Below are positions 37,460 to 48,077 of a stretch of DNA of 64,000 nt, piece after piece. The first letter of the stretch is position 1. Each line of letters begins with the position of its first letter. Both the position numbers and the translations under genes were made by a program. Location: NCBI GenBank assembly GCA_046293175.1, contig JBKBPM010000001.1, positions 511,847 through 575,846 on the forward strand. The letters are read 5' to 3'. The stretch comes from Minisyncoccia bacterium. GTDB lineage: Bacteria > Patescibacteriota > Minisyncoccia > Phycocordibacterales > UBA918. The notes below the pieces were generated by a model that worked only from the letters and a program-made list of their open reading frames with translations, did not search any database and was not told the origin of the DNA.

Positions 37460-39931
37460 CTAAACGAAGACGATTGAGGCTATTGAATCGCCAGCCCTCA
37501 TCTTCATCACCCGCACTCCTTGCGTATCACGCCCTAGGGTCGGCACGTCCTTCAGCGGCAGCTTGATTACCTGGCCTTTCTTGCTCATGATAACAAGCTC
37601 ACCTTCGGCACGCTCTTCTGGATTAAGCACAATTGCACCAACTACCACGCCGGTCTTATCGGTCACTTTGGCAGTCTTGATACCCGATCCACCACGGTTT
37701 TGGACCTTGTATTCCTTAATTGGTGTCGTCTTACCGTAACCATCTTCGGTCACGACAAGGATCTCGGCCTTGTTGTCACCCTTCTTTACCACATCGGCGG
37801 AAACAACAACATCACCCTTTCCAAGCTTCATACCAGCGACACCGGCAGCAATACGACCCATTTCGCGAACATCACTCTCCTTAAAGCGAATGGATTGCCC
37901 TTTCTTGGTCACCAGCGAAATATCATCACCTTTACCCACAAACTTGGCTGCAATAAGTGAATCATCTTCCTTGAGGTTAATAGCGATCAGGCCACTACGA
38001 CGCACATCCTTGAAGGCAGCGGCGTCAGACTTCTTTGCGACACCATTTTTGGTAATCATCATGAGACTCCAATCGCCTGCCCATTCTTCTTTGCGGACCG
38101 CGAGCACTGAGGTCACGCGCTCGTCTTGCGTCATCGCAAGGAAATTCATGATTGACTTGCCCTTCGTCGCGCGGCGACCTTCTGGGATTTCGTACATCTT
38201 ACTCTGATAGACTTTGCCCTTATCAGTGAAGAAAAGGAGGTCGCTATGAGCAGAGGTAGTGATGAGGTTTGTTACCACGTCTTCTTCTTTGGTACTGAGG
38301 TCAATCACCCCTACGCCACCACGTTTTTGGGTGCGGTATTCCTCGGGGTTGGTACGCTTGACGTAACCACCTTGGGTGAGCACCAGCACACTCTCATTGT
38401 CCGCAATAAGATCCTCCTGACTCATCATCTTGACCCCACCCTTCACAATCTTGGTGCGACGATCGTCACCGTACTTTTCGGCCACCTCAAGGAGCTCTGT
38501 CTTCACGAGACCGAGCATCTTAGCCTTACTCTTGAGAATTGCTTCAAGTTCCTTAATGAGCTTCTGCACTTCCTTGAGCTCGTCTTCAATCTTCTTGCGT
38601 TCGAGGCCAGCGAGCTTCTGGAGACGCATATCGAGAATCGCCTGCGCCTGGATGGCCGAGAATTTGAACTGCTTCATGAGGCCAGCATGCGCCGTTGGCA
38701 CATCTTTGGCAGCTCGGATGAGTTTGATAATTGCATCAATATGATCAAGTGCCTTCTTGAGACCAAGGAGGATATGTTCACGGTCTTGCGCCTTCGTGAG
38801 GTCGTATTGGGTACGGCGGCGAATCACCTCAACGCGATGCTTCACGTATTCTTCAAGAATAAGCTTTAGGGACACCGTCTGTGGAATACCATCAACGAGC
38901 GCCACCATATTGTAGTGGAAGGTTTCCTCGAGTTGGGTGTGTTTGTAGAGCTTATTGAGGATCGTCTGCGGCTGAGCCCCACTCTTGAGTTCAATCACGA
39001 CTCGAATGTCGTTGGTTGATTCATCACGCATTTCGCGGATACCTTCAATTTTCTTTTCGCGAACGAGATCCGCAATCTTTTCTTGCAAGTCGGCCTTGTT
39101 CACACGGAATGGAATTGAAGTAATGATGATACTGAAGTTACCTTTTTTATCTTCTACGATTTCCGCTTCACCGCGTACAACAACCCCACCTTTACCGTGA
39201 GTGTAAGCATGAGAAATATCCTTTTGATTAAAGACGACCGCTCCCATCGGAAAGTCTGGTCCTTTAATGAACTTAAGGAGGTCGTCGGTAGTCGCGTCTG
39301 GGTTATCGACAAGATGTTCAACCGCAGCGGCAATTTCTCGGAGGTTGTGGGGCGGAATATTCGTCGCCATACCCACCGCAATACCAAGAGACCCGAGAAG
39401 GAGTAGGTTTGGTACAGCTGCTGGTAATACGACCGGTTCTTTCTTTGTACCATCGTAGTTTGGTCGCCAATCAACGGTGTCCTTTTCGAGGTCACGCAAC
39501 ATCTCTTCAGCCAAACGAGACATCTTCGCCTCAGTGTATCGATACGCAGCCGCACCATCACCGTCGATGGAGCCAAAGTTTCCTTGGCCAAGCACCAGTG
39601 GATAACGCGTCGCAAATGGTTGCGCAAGCTTTACCATCGCCTCGTATACCGAGGCGTCTCCATGGGGGTGGAAGCTACCGAGTACGTCTCCCACTACCGT
39701 CGCTGATTTCTTGAACTTGGCACTCGCCGTAAGACCATTGAGACGCATTGAGTAGAGAATACGGCGGTGGACAGGCTTCAGACCATCACGAATATCTGGC
39801 AAGGCTCGTGACGTGATCACGGACATCGCATAGTCGAGGTATGCTCGCTCCATTTCGCCCGTGATTCCCTGCGTCACAATCCCTCGTTCCGGGAATGGCA
39901 TGGTGTCAGCAACTTCAGTCTTTTTTGGCAT
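37460..39931 (-). CDS. gyrA: DNA gyrase subunit A
   Basis: 823 aa. [24 protein letters not shown], active-site region [13 protein letters not shown]-terminal beta-pinwheel repeats. No gyrB adjacent. Confidence 0.95.
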   Translation of the reverse strand: MPKKTEVADTMPFPERGIVTQGITGEMERAYLDYAMSVITSRALPDIRDGLKPVHRRILYSMRLNGLTASAKFKKSATVVGDVLGSFHPHGDASVYEAMVKLAQPFATRYPLVLGQGNFGSIDGDGAAAYRYTEAKMSRLAEEMLRDLEKDTVDWRPNYDGTKKEPVVLPAAVPNLLLLGSLGIAVGMATNIPPHNLREIAAAVEHLVDNPDATTDDLLKFIKGPDFPMGAVVFNQKDISHAYTHGKGGVVVRGEAEIVEDKKGNFSIIITSIPFRVNKADLQEKIADLVREKKIEGIREMRDESTNDIRVVIELKSGAQPQTILNKLYKHTQLEETFHYNMVALVDGIPQTVSLKLILEEYVKHRVEVIRRRTQYDLTKAQDREHILLGLKKALDHIDAIIKLIRAAKDVPTAHAGLMKQFKFSAIQAQAILDMRLQKLAGLERKKIEDELKEVQKLIKELEAILKSKAKMLGLVKTELLEVAEKYGDDRRTKIVKGGVKMMSQEDLIADNESVLVLTQGGYVKRTNPEEYRTQKRGGVGVIDLSTKEEDVVTNLITTSAHSDLLFFTDKGKVYQSKMYEIPEGRRATKGKSIMNFLAMTQDERVTSVLAVRKEEWAGDWSLMMITKNGVAKKSDAAAFKDVRRSGLIAINLKEDDSLIAAKFVGKGDDISLVTKKGQSIRFKESDVREMGRIAAGVAGMKLGKGDVVVSADVVKKGDNKAEILVVTEDGYGKTTPIKEYKVQNRGGSGIKTAKVTDKTGVVVGAIVLNPEERAEGELVIMSKKGQVIKLPLKDVPTLGRDTQGVRVMKMRAGDSIASIVFV

Positions 39932-40209
39932 AACAGAACAGCGGGTCTTTTAACGATAAATAACGGCATTAGTATAACATAAATTAGAACACATCAACTA
40001 ACCCTATCTCCGTGATTACCTGCGTCGTAATACGTTCACCGTACAATCAAGTACGCCTCGTATTATCGTTCATTGCCTTCTTAGAGTAGCTGTCCAATCA
40101 TTGGTCTATTTGCTTCGCAAAGCTCCCAAATATACACAATGAGTCTTGCGAAAAGTACCCCATACTTTTCTCAACTAGGATACAGAGTCATTTGTAGCGT
40201 TCTAAGCAA

Positions 40210-40596
40210 CTATTGTGTTGTTGTAGACGCTGAGGTGGTACCAATAAGGATAGGGGTCGGAACTGGAGTTGGTTCGGTACTGGTCGAAATCAAGGTACGA
40301 ATATCAATCATCTCTGGTGATGTGGTAGCAGGTGTAGTGGTCGGCATCGTGCTCACAATTGCGCCAGCTTGTTGGCGGAGGTTTGAAAATTGATCTCGAA
40401 AGCCCGTCCACAGACCAGCGAAGGGTTTAGTACCTTCGCTTTGGGCCAGTGCTTCGGTACTACTAAACCGTGCCGGAAGGGTAAGTGTCCAAACCCCACC
40501 AACAAGCAAGGTAAAAGAGAGTGCCGTCAAAAAAGCTACCCGCTGCCGTACGGCTTTTGGTTTTTGGCGCAAATTATCCAAAGTACGAAATAACAT
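40210..40596 (-). CDS. hypothetical membrane-anchored protein with Thr/Pro-rich C-terminus
   Basis: 128 aa. TM LTALSFTLLVGGVWTL. C-terminal TTTPATTSP... Confidence 0.4.
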   Translation of the reverse strand: MLFRTLDNLRQKPKAVRQRVAFLTALSFTLLVGGVWTLTLPARFSSTEALAQSEGTKPFAGLWTGFRDQFSNLRQQAGAIVSTMPTTTPATTSPEMIDIRTLISTSTEPTPVPTPILIGTTSASTTTQ

Positions 40597-40599
40597 AAA

Positions 40600-40640
40600 T
40601 ACGAGTAGGTTGGCGGCGGGCCTACGGCCCGCCGCTCAGA
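40600..40640 (-). terminator. GC-rich hairpin terminator downstream of the MBL-fold gene
   Basis: ggcggcgggcc-tac-ggcccgccgc. Confidence 0.55.
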
Positions 40641-40642
40641 GA

Positions 40643-41263
40643 TTAAACGGTGAGCACGGCGATATCCCCCTCCATCTCATTCACATCCTTCTTCTTCAAA
40701 GTCAGCTTATCAACCGGCGATACTCCTTCGGCACCAGCTTCTTTAAGAAAAGCCTTAAGCGCTGCTGCATCATAGTGCATCGGGATAATCAAACGGGCTT
40801 CAAGCTTGAGGGCCAGCTTCGCAGCCTGCGGTACTTCAAGCACGTCCCCGCCCCCAATTGGGATAAAGAGAATATCAATGTCACCAAACTCAGCGAGGAT
40901 CTTTGGGTCAATCTCTGGGTCTCCGAGCGCACCCAGGAATACCATATTCATTTCCTCAAGGCGGACCTGGTAGATGGTGTTGTAGTATTCACCGCCATCA
41001 TACTTGGTCTTCACCCCATAGCCACGGGCAGTCACGGTACCAATCTCGTATTCACCTGGACCCTGCACGACAAACGGTTCTTTGCTGCCATGTGAGGCAT
41101 TTTCTACCCCATTGAAGTTTGGATGATTAAGTGAGACAAAGGCGACATCAGCCCCAAACTTCACCGCATTTAATTTTGATGATTTTGCAATTGGATCAAA
41201 CGCCAGTGTGGTGTCCCCAAAGGACACCTTAAAGCACTGCCCTCCCTGATATGTGATAACCAT
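40643..41263 (-). CDS. MBL-fold metal-dependent hydrolase (UPF0173-like)
   Basis: 207 aa from MVITYQGGQCF. Beta-lactamase-fold pattern (FDPIAKSSK...GDIDILFIPIGGGDVL...IPMHYD). Confidence 0.65.
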   Translation of the reverse strand: MVITYQGGQCFKVSFGDTTLAFDPIAKSSKLNAVKFGADVAFVSLNHPNFNGVENASHGSKEPFVVQGPGEYEIGTVTARGYGVKTKYDGGEYYNTIYQVRLEEMNMVFLGALGDPEIDPKILAEFGDIDILFIPIGGGDVLEVPQAAKLALKLEARLIIPMHYDAAALKAFLKEAGAEGVSPVDKLTLKKKDVNEMEGDIAVLTV

Positions 41264-41505
41264 AGTGGCACTAGTATACAAGAGAACGAATGAAAATGAA
41301 AAGTTATTGCTGCCTCGCAAGGCAATGTCCTGCTCACAGCAGTGCTTGCTAAAATTAAAATCAAGAAATATCGTAATCCGTACCGCCGATTTTTTGCACC
41401 AAGCGCGAACCCGGGTCCTCAAGACCGACGTTCGTGGACGAACCTATCGTCCGACTGGTGCCTAGTTTCTGGCGGTGTTTGCGAAACGGGAATAAGGAGA
41501 CATCC

Positions 41506-41652
41506 ATGCCCGATTCGATTGACCGCGGCCATATCCGCGGTTCCCCCGCTGGCGGACACGTCAGCAACCACGGCCACATCGGTTCCTTCGCGTCGCCTTC
41601 GACGATGGACCAGGCCGAATTCGCCACCCCGACGGGAGGTGTCGTGATCTGA
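41506..41652 (+). CDS. small His/Gly-rich ORF with perfect Shine-Dalgarno sequence in a GC-rich (about 63%) patch
   Basis: 48 aa: MPDSIDRGHIRGSPAGGHVSNHGHIGSFASPSTMDQAEFATPTGGVVI. AAGGAG lies 5 nt upstream of the ATG. It sits in the 1.1-kb intergenic region upstream of rpsA. Confidence 0.3.
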   Translation: MPDSIDRGHIRGSPAGGHVSNHGHIGSFASPSTMDQAEFATPTGGVVI

Positions 41653-41942
41653 ACAACGATCTGACCAAAGTGAGGTGAAAGACATGAAACCGCCGAAGTA
41701 AGTTCTTCATCGCAGAATCCACGAGAAGTGCTCTGGGTAACTCTGCACTGTTCTACCAAGCAGCTTGACTGCACAAGATCTCAGAAGAGATCACATGACA
41801 GGGAGGGTATGGGTATGCATCACGCTATCCTACCCGACCGCCAATCCGCCTGCGGCCGCCAGCCGTGGGTTTTTCATTGATTCAATTTTGAAGTTAATTC
41901 AAGAAACAAAGTGGTGGTGCGCGGACAGTGCCATTAGGGATA

Positions 41943-42030
41943 GTGAGAAAAGCGTGGGACGCTTTTTGCAAGACTCATTGAGTGATTTTATGAGTGCGAA
42001 CGAAATAAAATAACCAATGAGTAGACAGCC
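41943..42030 (+). repeat. structured repeat, copy D (subfamily 2, orphan; rpsA upstream region)
   Basis: gtgagaaaagcgtgggacgctttttgcaagactcattgagtgattttatgagtgcgaacgaaataaaataaccaatgagtagacagcctctgtagga. Covaries with copy C: aagcg/cgctt here versus gaaac/gtttc in C, and attttat/ataaaat here versus ttttgc/gcaaaa in C. Confidence 0.6.
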
Positions 42031-42396
42031 TCTGTAGGAGGATTGCTCGCGAAAGTTCGCCATTGTCGGCCAGAAAGGCCTCTGTGGCTCACTTTACATA
42101 TATATTGTTTTCTGGTATATTCCCCGCACCGAAAGGTATTAATAGTTTCCTAGCGACACACGTTAACCCTGAGCTTATGGGTATGGCCGGTGAATAATTC
42201 TACGAATTTTTCACTTTGCGAAATGGTAGCTCAGACGCGTGTCGTCGGAATAAATAAGTAAGCATAAGACTTACAGAATCGAGACAGATTCGCGAAGTGA
42301 CGAAATTTCAAATGAGCCGTACTTTGCGGTACGGCGAGTGCCGAAATTGATGACACGACAAAGAAGCTGGCCGATTGTGGAAGTCGCTACAGTTAT

Positions 42397-43485
42397 ATGT
42401 CAGAAGTTATTGAAGTAAACAGCGTGATGAACAATCTCGCTGCCAACATTCCTCCGTCACCACAAGAAGGTGCGTTGGTAGAAGGTACCGTATCAGCCAT
42501 CGGTCGTGCTCGCGTTTATGTCGAGCTCGCACCATTTGGTACTGGTCTTATCTTTGGCCGTGAGTACATGAACGCTCGCGACATTCTCCGCAAAGTCTCG
42601 GTTGGAGACACCATCGCGGCAAAAGTGGTTGACGTCAACAACAAGGACGGCTACATCGAGCTCTCACTCAAGGAAGCTCGTCAGGCGCTCATCTGGGCTG
42701 ATGCGGAAGAAGCGGTGAAGAAGGGTACGGTTATGAGTCTCGAAGTGAAGGAGGCCAACAAGGGTGGTCTTATCATGGAATGGCAGGGTATCCAGGGCTT
42801 CCTCCCAGCGTCACAGCTTGGACCAGACAATTACCCACGCGTTGATAACGGCGACAAGGACAAGATCCTCATGGCGCTTAACTCACTCATTGGTAAGCAT
42901 CTCTCAGTGGTGATGATTACTGCAGATCAGAAGGAGCACAAGCTCATCTTCTCAGAAAAGGGTCACCAGGAACGTGAAGAGAAGGGCGAGAAGGTTGGCA
43001 AGTACGAAGTCGGTGATGTTCTCTCTGGAGAAGTTACCGGTGCGGTAGACTTCGGAGTCTTTGTGAAGATTGAACAGGGTCTTGAAGGACTCGTTCACAT
43101 CTCTGAACTTGATTGGGGTCTCGTTGAGAACACCCGCTCACTCTACAAGGTAGGTGACAAGGTCAAGGTCAAGGTGATTGAAGTGAAGGACGACAAGATT
43201 TCTCTCTCAATCAAGCAGCTCCGTGAAAACCCATGGACTGATGCCGCAAACAAGTTTGCCAAGGATCAGGTCGTACCAGGTGTTGTCATCAAGTACAACA
43301 AGCATGGAGCGCTTGCTTCTATCCAGGAAGGTGTAGCGGGTCTCGTCCACATCTCTGAATTCGAATCAGAAGAAAAGATGAAGGCTACGCTCTCACTTGG
43401 TGGAGTCTACAAGTTCAAGATTGCGCTCTTTGAGCCATCTGAACAGCGTATGACGCTTACATTTAAGGATGTAGCTCAGAGTTAA
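42397..43485 (+). CDS. rpsA: 30S ribosomal protein S1 (short, 4 S1 domains)
   Basis: 362 aa with repeated S1 OB-fold signatures (GxV..v...G.fV.l..g..Glvhisel). Confidence 0.9.
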   Translation: MSEVIEVNSVMNNLAANIPPSPQEGALVEGTVSAIGRARVYVELAPFGTGLIFGREYMNARDILRKVSVGDTIAAKVVDVNNKDGYIELSLKEARQALIWADAEEAVKKGTVMSLEVKEANKGGLIMEWQGIQGFLPASQLGPDNYPRVDNGDKDKILMALNSLIGKHLSVVMITADQKEHKLIFSEKGHQEREEKGEKVGKYEVGDVLSGEVTGAVDFGVFVKIEQGLEGLVHISELDWGLVENTRSLYKVGDKVKVKVIEVKDDKISLSIKQLRENPWTDAANKFAKDQVVPGVVIKYNKHGALASIQEGVAGLVHISEFESEEKMKATLSLGGVYKFKIALFEPSEQRMTLTFKDVAQS

Positions 43486-43499
43486 GCAATTACTCTCGC

Positions 43500-43535
43500 G
43501 CAACAAAACCCCGCGCCTCTGGCGCGGGGTTTTGT
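43500..43535 (+). terminator. rho-independent terminator after rpsA
   Basis: aaaaccccgcgcc-tctg-gcgcggggtttt. Confidence 0.7.
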
Positions 43536-43587
43536 TACACTTCGGAAAATCTATCTCAAACTACCTAAAATGAAGTAAAATAGTCTC

Positions 43588-45090
43588 ATGAAGAAAATCG
43601 AGGTCTATTATGACGGCGACTGTCCGATGTGTACGGCTTTTGCAGACAATCTCAATTCATCATCAAAATCTGATACATTTGACCTCAATAATATCCACGA
43701 AAATTCTCTAGCCGGCGTTACACTTGAAGACCTATCTAAAGAAATGTATGTAAAAGATACCGATGGCACATTGTACAAAAGTGCTGATGCTATTTTAAAA
43801 GTTATTGGCACGTTTCCGAAATGGCGGTGGGTCGAAAAACTAGGTCGCTTACCAATCATCAATGGAGGTTTGCATATTGGTTACAAGCTAGTATCACAAA
43901 ATCGCTATTACCTTTTTGGTGGTATGGGTCGCCTATTTTGGCTCAAGGCTGTTCTGGCGGTAGGTTTTATTGCCGGTCTCCTCTTATCGACAAAACTTTG
44001 GTTAACCGACAGAACCTACCCACTGACACCTGTACTTTCTAACCTGCCACAACCCATTTTCCCATTTGATTATATTTTGTATGGCAGTCTAATTGTATGT
44101 TTATTTTTTACAATTTTTCATAGAAATTTCAAACGATTCTTGATTGGATCAATCGTTTTGGTGGCTTTCCTTCTTTTCCTTGATCAGTCGCGGTTGCAAC
44201 CCTGGGTCTATCAGTACACAACGATGCTACTTGTGTTAAGTGTCTTTTCTTGGCAGGTTAACGACCGCAGAAGCGTACCGTATTTACTCAATATTAGTCG
44301 CTTCGTTGTCGCTACTATTTATTTTTACAGTGGTCTACAGAAACTAAATCCTGAATTTATCGTTTTGACCTTTCCCTGGATGATGCAGCCTATAACTCAC
44401 CAACTTTCACTAACTTCGAGCGATGTCATACTGATGGGAATTACTGTCCCTATTATTGAAATGCTTATTGGACTCGCTTTACTAACTTGCCGATTTAGAA
44501 ATTACGGAATTTTCTTAGCTACTATGATGTGTCTATTTGTCCTTACTACACTTGGGCCAACTGGACATCATTGGAATACTGTCGTCTGGCCTTGGAATAT
44601 AGCTCTTCTCATCATGGTTTTTGTGCTATTTTACCGCACCCAACAATTATCATTGCTTAACTTACTAAGCATTATAAAACAGCCGCTCGGCATCACTACC
44701 ATTATTATATTTGGCATTATGCCCATGACATACTTTTTCCACATTTGGGACTCATACCCTTCTTGGTCTCTCTATTCTGGAACCACTAATCTAGCGAAAA
44801 TAGTACTGCCTGATGAAATGGTTGGTCGTCTACCTGCAGATATCCAAATGCTTATTGTTTTGTCACCAGAAGATAAAGCGACACTCTCTATATCTGATTG
44901 GTCATATCATGAATTAAAAGTTCCTCCCTATCCAGAAACACGTATTTACAATAATATTGGGCATCATTTCTGCACAAAATATGCCCCTGGCGATGTAGAT
45001 GTGTCAATTGTTATGCGAGGTAGAACGGGATGGACTCATGTTGCAGGTAAGAGTACATCCACTTGCCAACAATACTCAAAAGCACCCTAA
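43588..45090 (+). CDS. DCC-family thiol-disulfide oxidoreductase (DUF393) N-domain fused to about 380-aa polytopic membrane domain (HTTM-like?)
   Basis: 500 aa. The N-terminal YYDGDCPMC motif is typical of DUF393/DCC. At least 8 TM helices follow. The gene is markedly AT-rich (about 38% GC) compared with its neighbours. Confidence 0.5.
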   Translation: MKKIEVYYDGDCPMCTAFADNLNSSSKSDTFDLNNIHENSLAGVTLEDLSKEMYVKDTDGTLYKSADAILKVIGTFPKWRWVEKLGRLPIINGGLHIGYKLVSQNRYYLFGGMGRLFWLKAVLAVGFIAGLLLSTKLWLTDRTYPLTPVLSNLPQPIFPFDYILYGSLIVCLFFTIFHRNFKRFLIGSIVLVAFLLFLDQSRLQPWVYQYTTMLLVLSVFSWQVNDRRSVPYLLNISRFVVATIYFYSGLQKLNPEFIVLTFPWMMQPITHQLSLTSSDVILMGITVPIIEMLIGLALLTCRFRNYGIFLATMMCLFVLTTLGPTGHHWNTVVWPWNIALLIMVFVLFYRTQQLSLLNLLSIIKQPLGITTIIIFGIMPMTYFFHIWDSYPSWSLYSGTTNLAKIVLPDEMVGRLPADIQMLIVLSPEDKATLSISDWSYHELKVPPYPETRIYNNIGHHFCTKYAPGDVDVSIVMRGRTGWTHVAGKSTSTCQQYSKAP

Positions 45091-45115
45091 CATACCTGGG
45101 TGGCGGCAAATTGTT

Positions 45116-45700
45116 TTAGTTGTACTTATTCATCGCGCGCTCCTTCCCTTCGGTCACCAAGGAGACAATCGCCTCGACTACTACTGGGTAGAGTGCGGTA
45201 TAGATTTCGTTTTCTTCAAGACTGATTTTGCCAAGGACGTATTGCGCGAGTTCCTCACTCGTTGGCCGTATCGCCTGCCCGGTCTCACTGCCACGGGCAG
45301 CCACCCCAATCCGGACTCGTATAAAGTCCTTTGTGCCAAGTGTTTCAATAATTGACGTCACCCCATTGTGACCACCCGCACCATTGCCAAACGAAATCTT
45401 AAAATCCCCTGCCGGCAAATCCACATCGTCATAAATGACAATGAGTTGGTTGTGCTCACCTTTTTTGACGAGCTTTTTGACCGCATCCCCCGATTTATTC
45501 ATAAAGGTCTCGGGATAGAGTACCGTGACAGCTGTCTCGCCGATAGTTCCTTCACTAATCCGACCAAGATACTTTTTACTCGGCGTCGCCTCAGGCATAT
45601 CAAACGCAGTGAGAAGTACGTCACAGACGAGCCACCCGATATTGTGGCGAGTGTGCTGGTACTTTGCTCCTGGATTCCCGAGTCCAACGATGTAGAACAT
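45116..45700 (-). CDS. pth: peptidyl-tRNA hydrolase
   Basis: 194 aa. MFYIVGLGNPGAKYQHTRHNIGW. Confidence 0.9.
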   Translation of the reverse strand: MFYIVGLGNPGAKYQHTRHNIGWLVCDVLLTAFDMPEATPSKKYLGRISEGTIGETAVTVLYPETFMNKSGDAVKKLVKKGEHNQLIVIYDDVDLPAGDFKISFGNGAGGHNGVTSIIETLGTKDFIRVRIGVAARGSETGQAIRPTSEELAQYVLGKISLEENEIYTALYPVVVEAIVSLVTEGKERAMNKYN

Positions 45701-45811
45701 ACAAGAAATTGTATCATGTCATCTTATAAAATTTTTATTGACTCATTCCATTTTTAAAAAATTTGTTTTTCATTTTTGTATCGAGTATAATGATGCACAT
45801 CATTCACCACC

Positions 45812-46447
45812 ATGTCATTGTTCTCTCGTACACCAGCCCCTCACGTTATCACTACTCCTGAAGATGCGGTTGTGATTCCGCCTCAGAGCGAACATCCACT
45901 GATTGAAATCTTTCGCTTTACTCTCATTGCACTGATTATCGTCATTCCAATCCGACTTTTTGTTGCTCAACCATTTATCGTCTCCGGTGCATCGATGGAA
46001 GACACCTTCCAAAGTGGTCAGTATCTCATCGTTGATCAGGTCAGCTACAAATTCCACCAACCAAATCGAGGTGACGTCATTGTGTTCCGCTACCCGAAGG
46101 ACCCATCAAAGTTCTTTATTAAACGGGTAATTGGTCTGCCCGGTGATACGGTCAAAATTACCGGCAGTACCGTTACCATCAAAAATGAAGCCAATCCAGA
46201 TGGTTTTGTACTCGATGAGCCCTACATCAAGAGTATGCGCAATGTCAGTGATATGACCGAAGAGCTTGGTGAACGCGAGTACTTCGTCATGGGCGACAAT
46301 CGCGATCAGAGCTCAGATTCCCGCGTTTGGGGTGTCCTTCAGGAAGAACGCATTATTGGTCGGGCTTATGTTCGCCTCTTCCCACCAAATACCTTTGATT
46401 ATCTGCCTGGCGAAGCCCGGTATGAAGCCGTTACTAGCACACCATAA
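45812..46447 (+). CDS. lepB: signal peptidase I
   Basis: 211 aa. SGASMEDT (catalytic Ser box), VIVF, KRVIGLPGD, GDNRDQSSDSR boxes. Confidence 0.85.
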   Translation: MSLFSRTPAPHVITTPEDAVVIPPQSEHPLIEIFRFTLIALIIVIPIRLFVAQPFIVSGASMEDTFQSGQYLIVDQVSYKFHQPNRGDVIVFRYPKDPSKFFIKRVIGLPGDTVKITGSTVTIKNEANPDGFVLDEPYIKSMRNVSDMTEELGEREYFVMGDNRDQSSDSRVWGVLQEERIIGRAYVRLFPPNTFDYLPGEARYEAVTSTP

Positions 46448-46458
46448 CATAGACACGT

Positions 46459-47628
46459 ATGCGCATCACTCATAGTCCAACCGAGTTTTTGAAAATCGCT
46501 GCTGAGACCGCTGAACATTTTGGATTTAAAACGATTGAAGCGCTGCGCCAAGATCCAGCCTGTATCAACTGCACCGTGCCGCTTTCGCATACCATGAGTG
46601 ATGCTGACCATGGACTCGACGCGGTAAACGGTCATCTCTCACGTGCTGTCCTCACCTACTGTGAGGCTGGGCTACATGCGTTTGGTAAGCCAGTATTTCT
46701 CTATAGCGTTGATGTCACGACCGATCCGAACGAAACCGCTGTCTCTTTCCATATCTTTAATGTCGACAAGAGTATTGCCGAAGCTATCCTTATCGAGACT
46801 ACCAAGGCCCTTGCGAGTGAACTCGGTCACACCGACCAGGTGGTGCGTATAAATACTCTTGGCGACACCGAATCAATCACCCGTTATAGTCGTGAACTGA
46901 CCAACTTCCTTCGTAAGCGGGTTGATCTCATGCCCGTCGCTGCTCGTGAGCATATGAAGACCCATGCCATGCTTGCGCTGCAGAGCCTCATCGAAGAAAA
47001 CCATGATTTGGCATACAAGACACCAAATCCACTTGAATATCTTAGTGACCAAAGTCGCAAACACTTCCGTGACATCATCGAGTACCTCGATATGTCTGAA
47101 ACCGCCTACGAAATCGATCCGAAGATGCTCGGTCACCACGAGTACTACAGTGACGCTCTCTTCTCAATTGATAGTAGCAATGAAATTGAAGGGGCTCCGT
47201 TTATCATCCGTGGTGGACGGTTTGATACCTTCCTCGAACGAAAGACGAAGCGTAAGACTGGTGGCGTAGGGGCCGTTGCTATCCTCCGTGAACGACCAGC
47301 GCCAAGCCGTATCCCCCGTGCAAAAATCGAAACTCCAAGTACCTACATCATCCAGCTCGGTTTTGGACCAAAGGTACGTAGTCTCATGATCATCAACGAG
47401 CTACGTCGCGCTGGTATCTCTATTATGCAGGACCTCGCGAATGATTCCCTCTCCGCCCAGCTCCGTGACGCTGAAGCCCGAGGGGTGAAGCATGTCATCA
47501 TTATCGGGCAAAAGGAGTTCGTGGATGGTACGGTCATTCTCCGCGATATGGACGCTCGCAAGCAAGAGGCTATTCCACTTGATGCCCTCGCGAAGCGCCT
47601 GAAGCGCGTCCAGCCAGTTAATGTCTAA
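46459..47628 (+). CDS. class-II aaRS-like protein with HisRS-type anticodon-binding domain (HisS/HisZ-like, divergent)
   Basis: 389 aa. The C-terminal HGTP anticodon-binding domain is clear (YIIQLGFGPKV...HVIIIGQKEFVDGTVILRDM). A GGRFD motif resembles the HisRS GGRYD. The N-terminal catalytic motifs 1 and 2 are not recognisable. Confidence 0.45.
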   Translation: MRITHSPTEFLKIAAETAEHFGFKTIEALRQDPACINCTVPLSHTMSDADHGLDAVNGHLSRAVLTYCEAGLHAFGKPVFLYSVDVTTDPNETAVSFHIFNVDKSIAEAILIETTKALASELGHTDQVVRINTLGDTESITRYSRELTNFLRKRVDLMPVAAREHMKTHAMLALQSLIEENHDLAYKTPNPLEYLSDQSRKHFRDIIEYLDMSETAYEIDPKMLGHHEYYSDALFSIDSSNEIEGAPFIIRGGRFDTFLERKTKRKTGGVGAVAILRERPAPSRIPRAKIETPSTYIIQLGFGPKVRSLMIINELRRAGISIMQDLANDSLSAQLRDAEARGVKHVIIIGQKEFVDGTVILRDMDARKQEAIPLDALAKRLKRVQPVNV

Positions 47629-47730
47629 GAGATTGGAAGTGTTGGGGGGTCGACATGTACGTGTCGGGTTTGTATATATAACGATAAAACCTTGCAGTAT
47701 AAAGCGTACTATGGTATTCTATCGCCCACA

Positions 47731-47980
47731 TATGGCAACAAACGTAGCAGTCACTAAGAATAACAACGAAAGTAGCGCAAACGTCATCCGACGCTTCCAA
47801 AAGCGTGTTCAGGGGGCCGGTATTATCCAGAAAGTTCGCGGTGGTCGGTATCATACTCGTATTAAGAGTCGCAACGTTCAAAAAATCGCACGTCTCAAGA
47901 AGCTGGTGAAAAAAGAAACCTACGAAGAGCTCTTGAAGCTTGGCAAGGTCCAGGAACGCACACGCGGTCGCCGCAGCTAA
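47731..47980 (+). CDS. rpsU: 30S ribosomal protein S21
   Basis: 83 aa. VIRRFQKRVQGAGIIQKVRGGRYHTRIKSRNVQK matches the bS21 pattern (RRFKR..AGvl.e.r.r..Y.kP...RK). Confidence 0.65.
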
Positions 47981-47981
47981 C

Positions 47982-48020
47982 AAAAAAGCACCACTTCCTA
48001 AAGGATGTGGTGCTTTTTTA
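47982..48020 (+). terminator. rho-independent terminator after rpsU
   Basis: aaaaagcaccac-ttcctaaaggat-gtggtgctttttta. Confidence 0.7.
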
Positions 48021-48077
48021 TGACTCACAGGACTGGCCTTATAAAAGCCACAAAAAAATGGCATACTACACATATCT

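Noticed and set aside
41398-41466. Possible tRNA (GCACCAGTCGGACGATAGGTTCGTCC...GGGTTCGCGCTTGGTGC on the minus strand)
   Set aside because: The acceptor stem pairs, but the body is about 7 nt too short for a cloverleaf and the anticodon arm cannot be formed. Probably a degenerate tRNA remnant.
41361-41774. 137-aa minus-strand ORF in the rpsA upstream region
   Set aside because: No start context. It overlaps the SD-led small ORF and a repeat-rich structured region. Composition is not protein-like.
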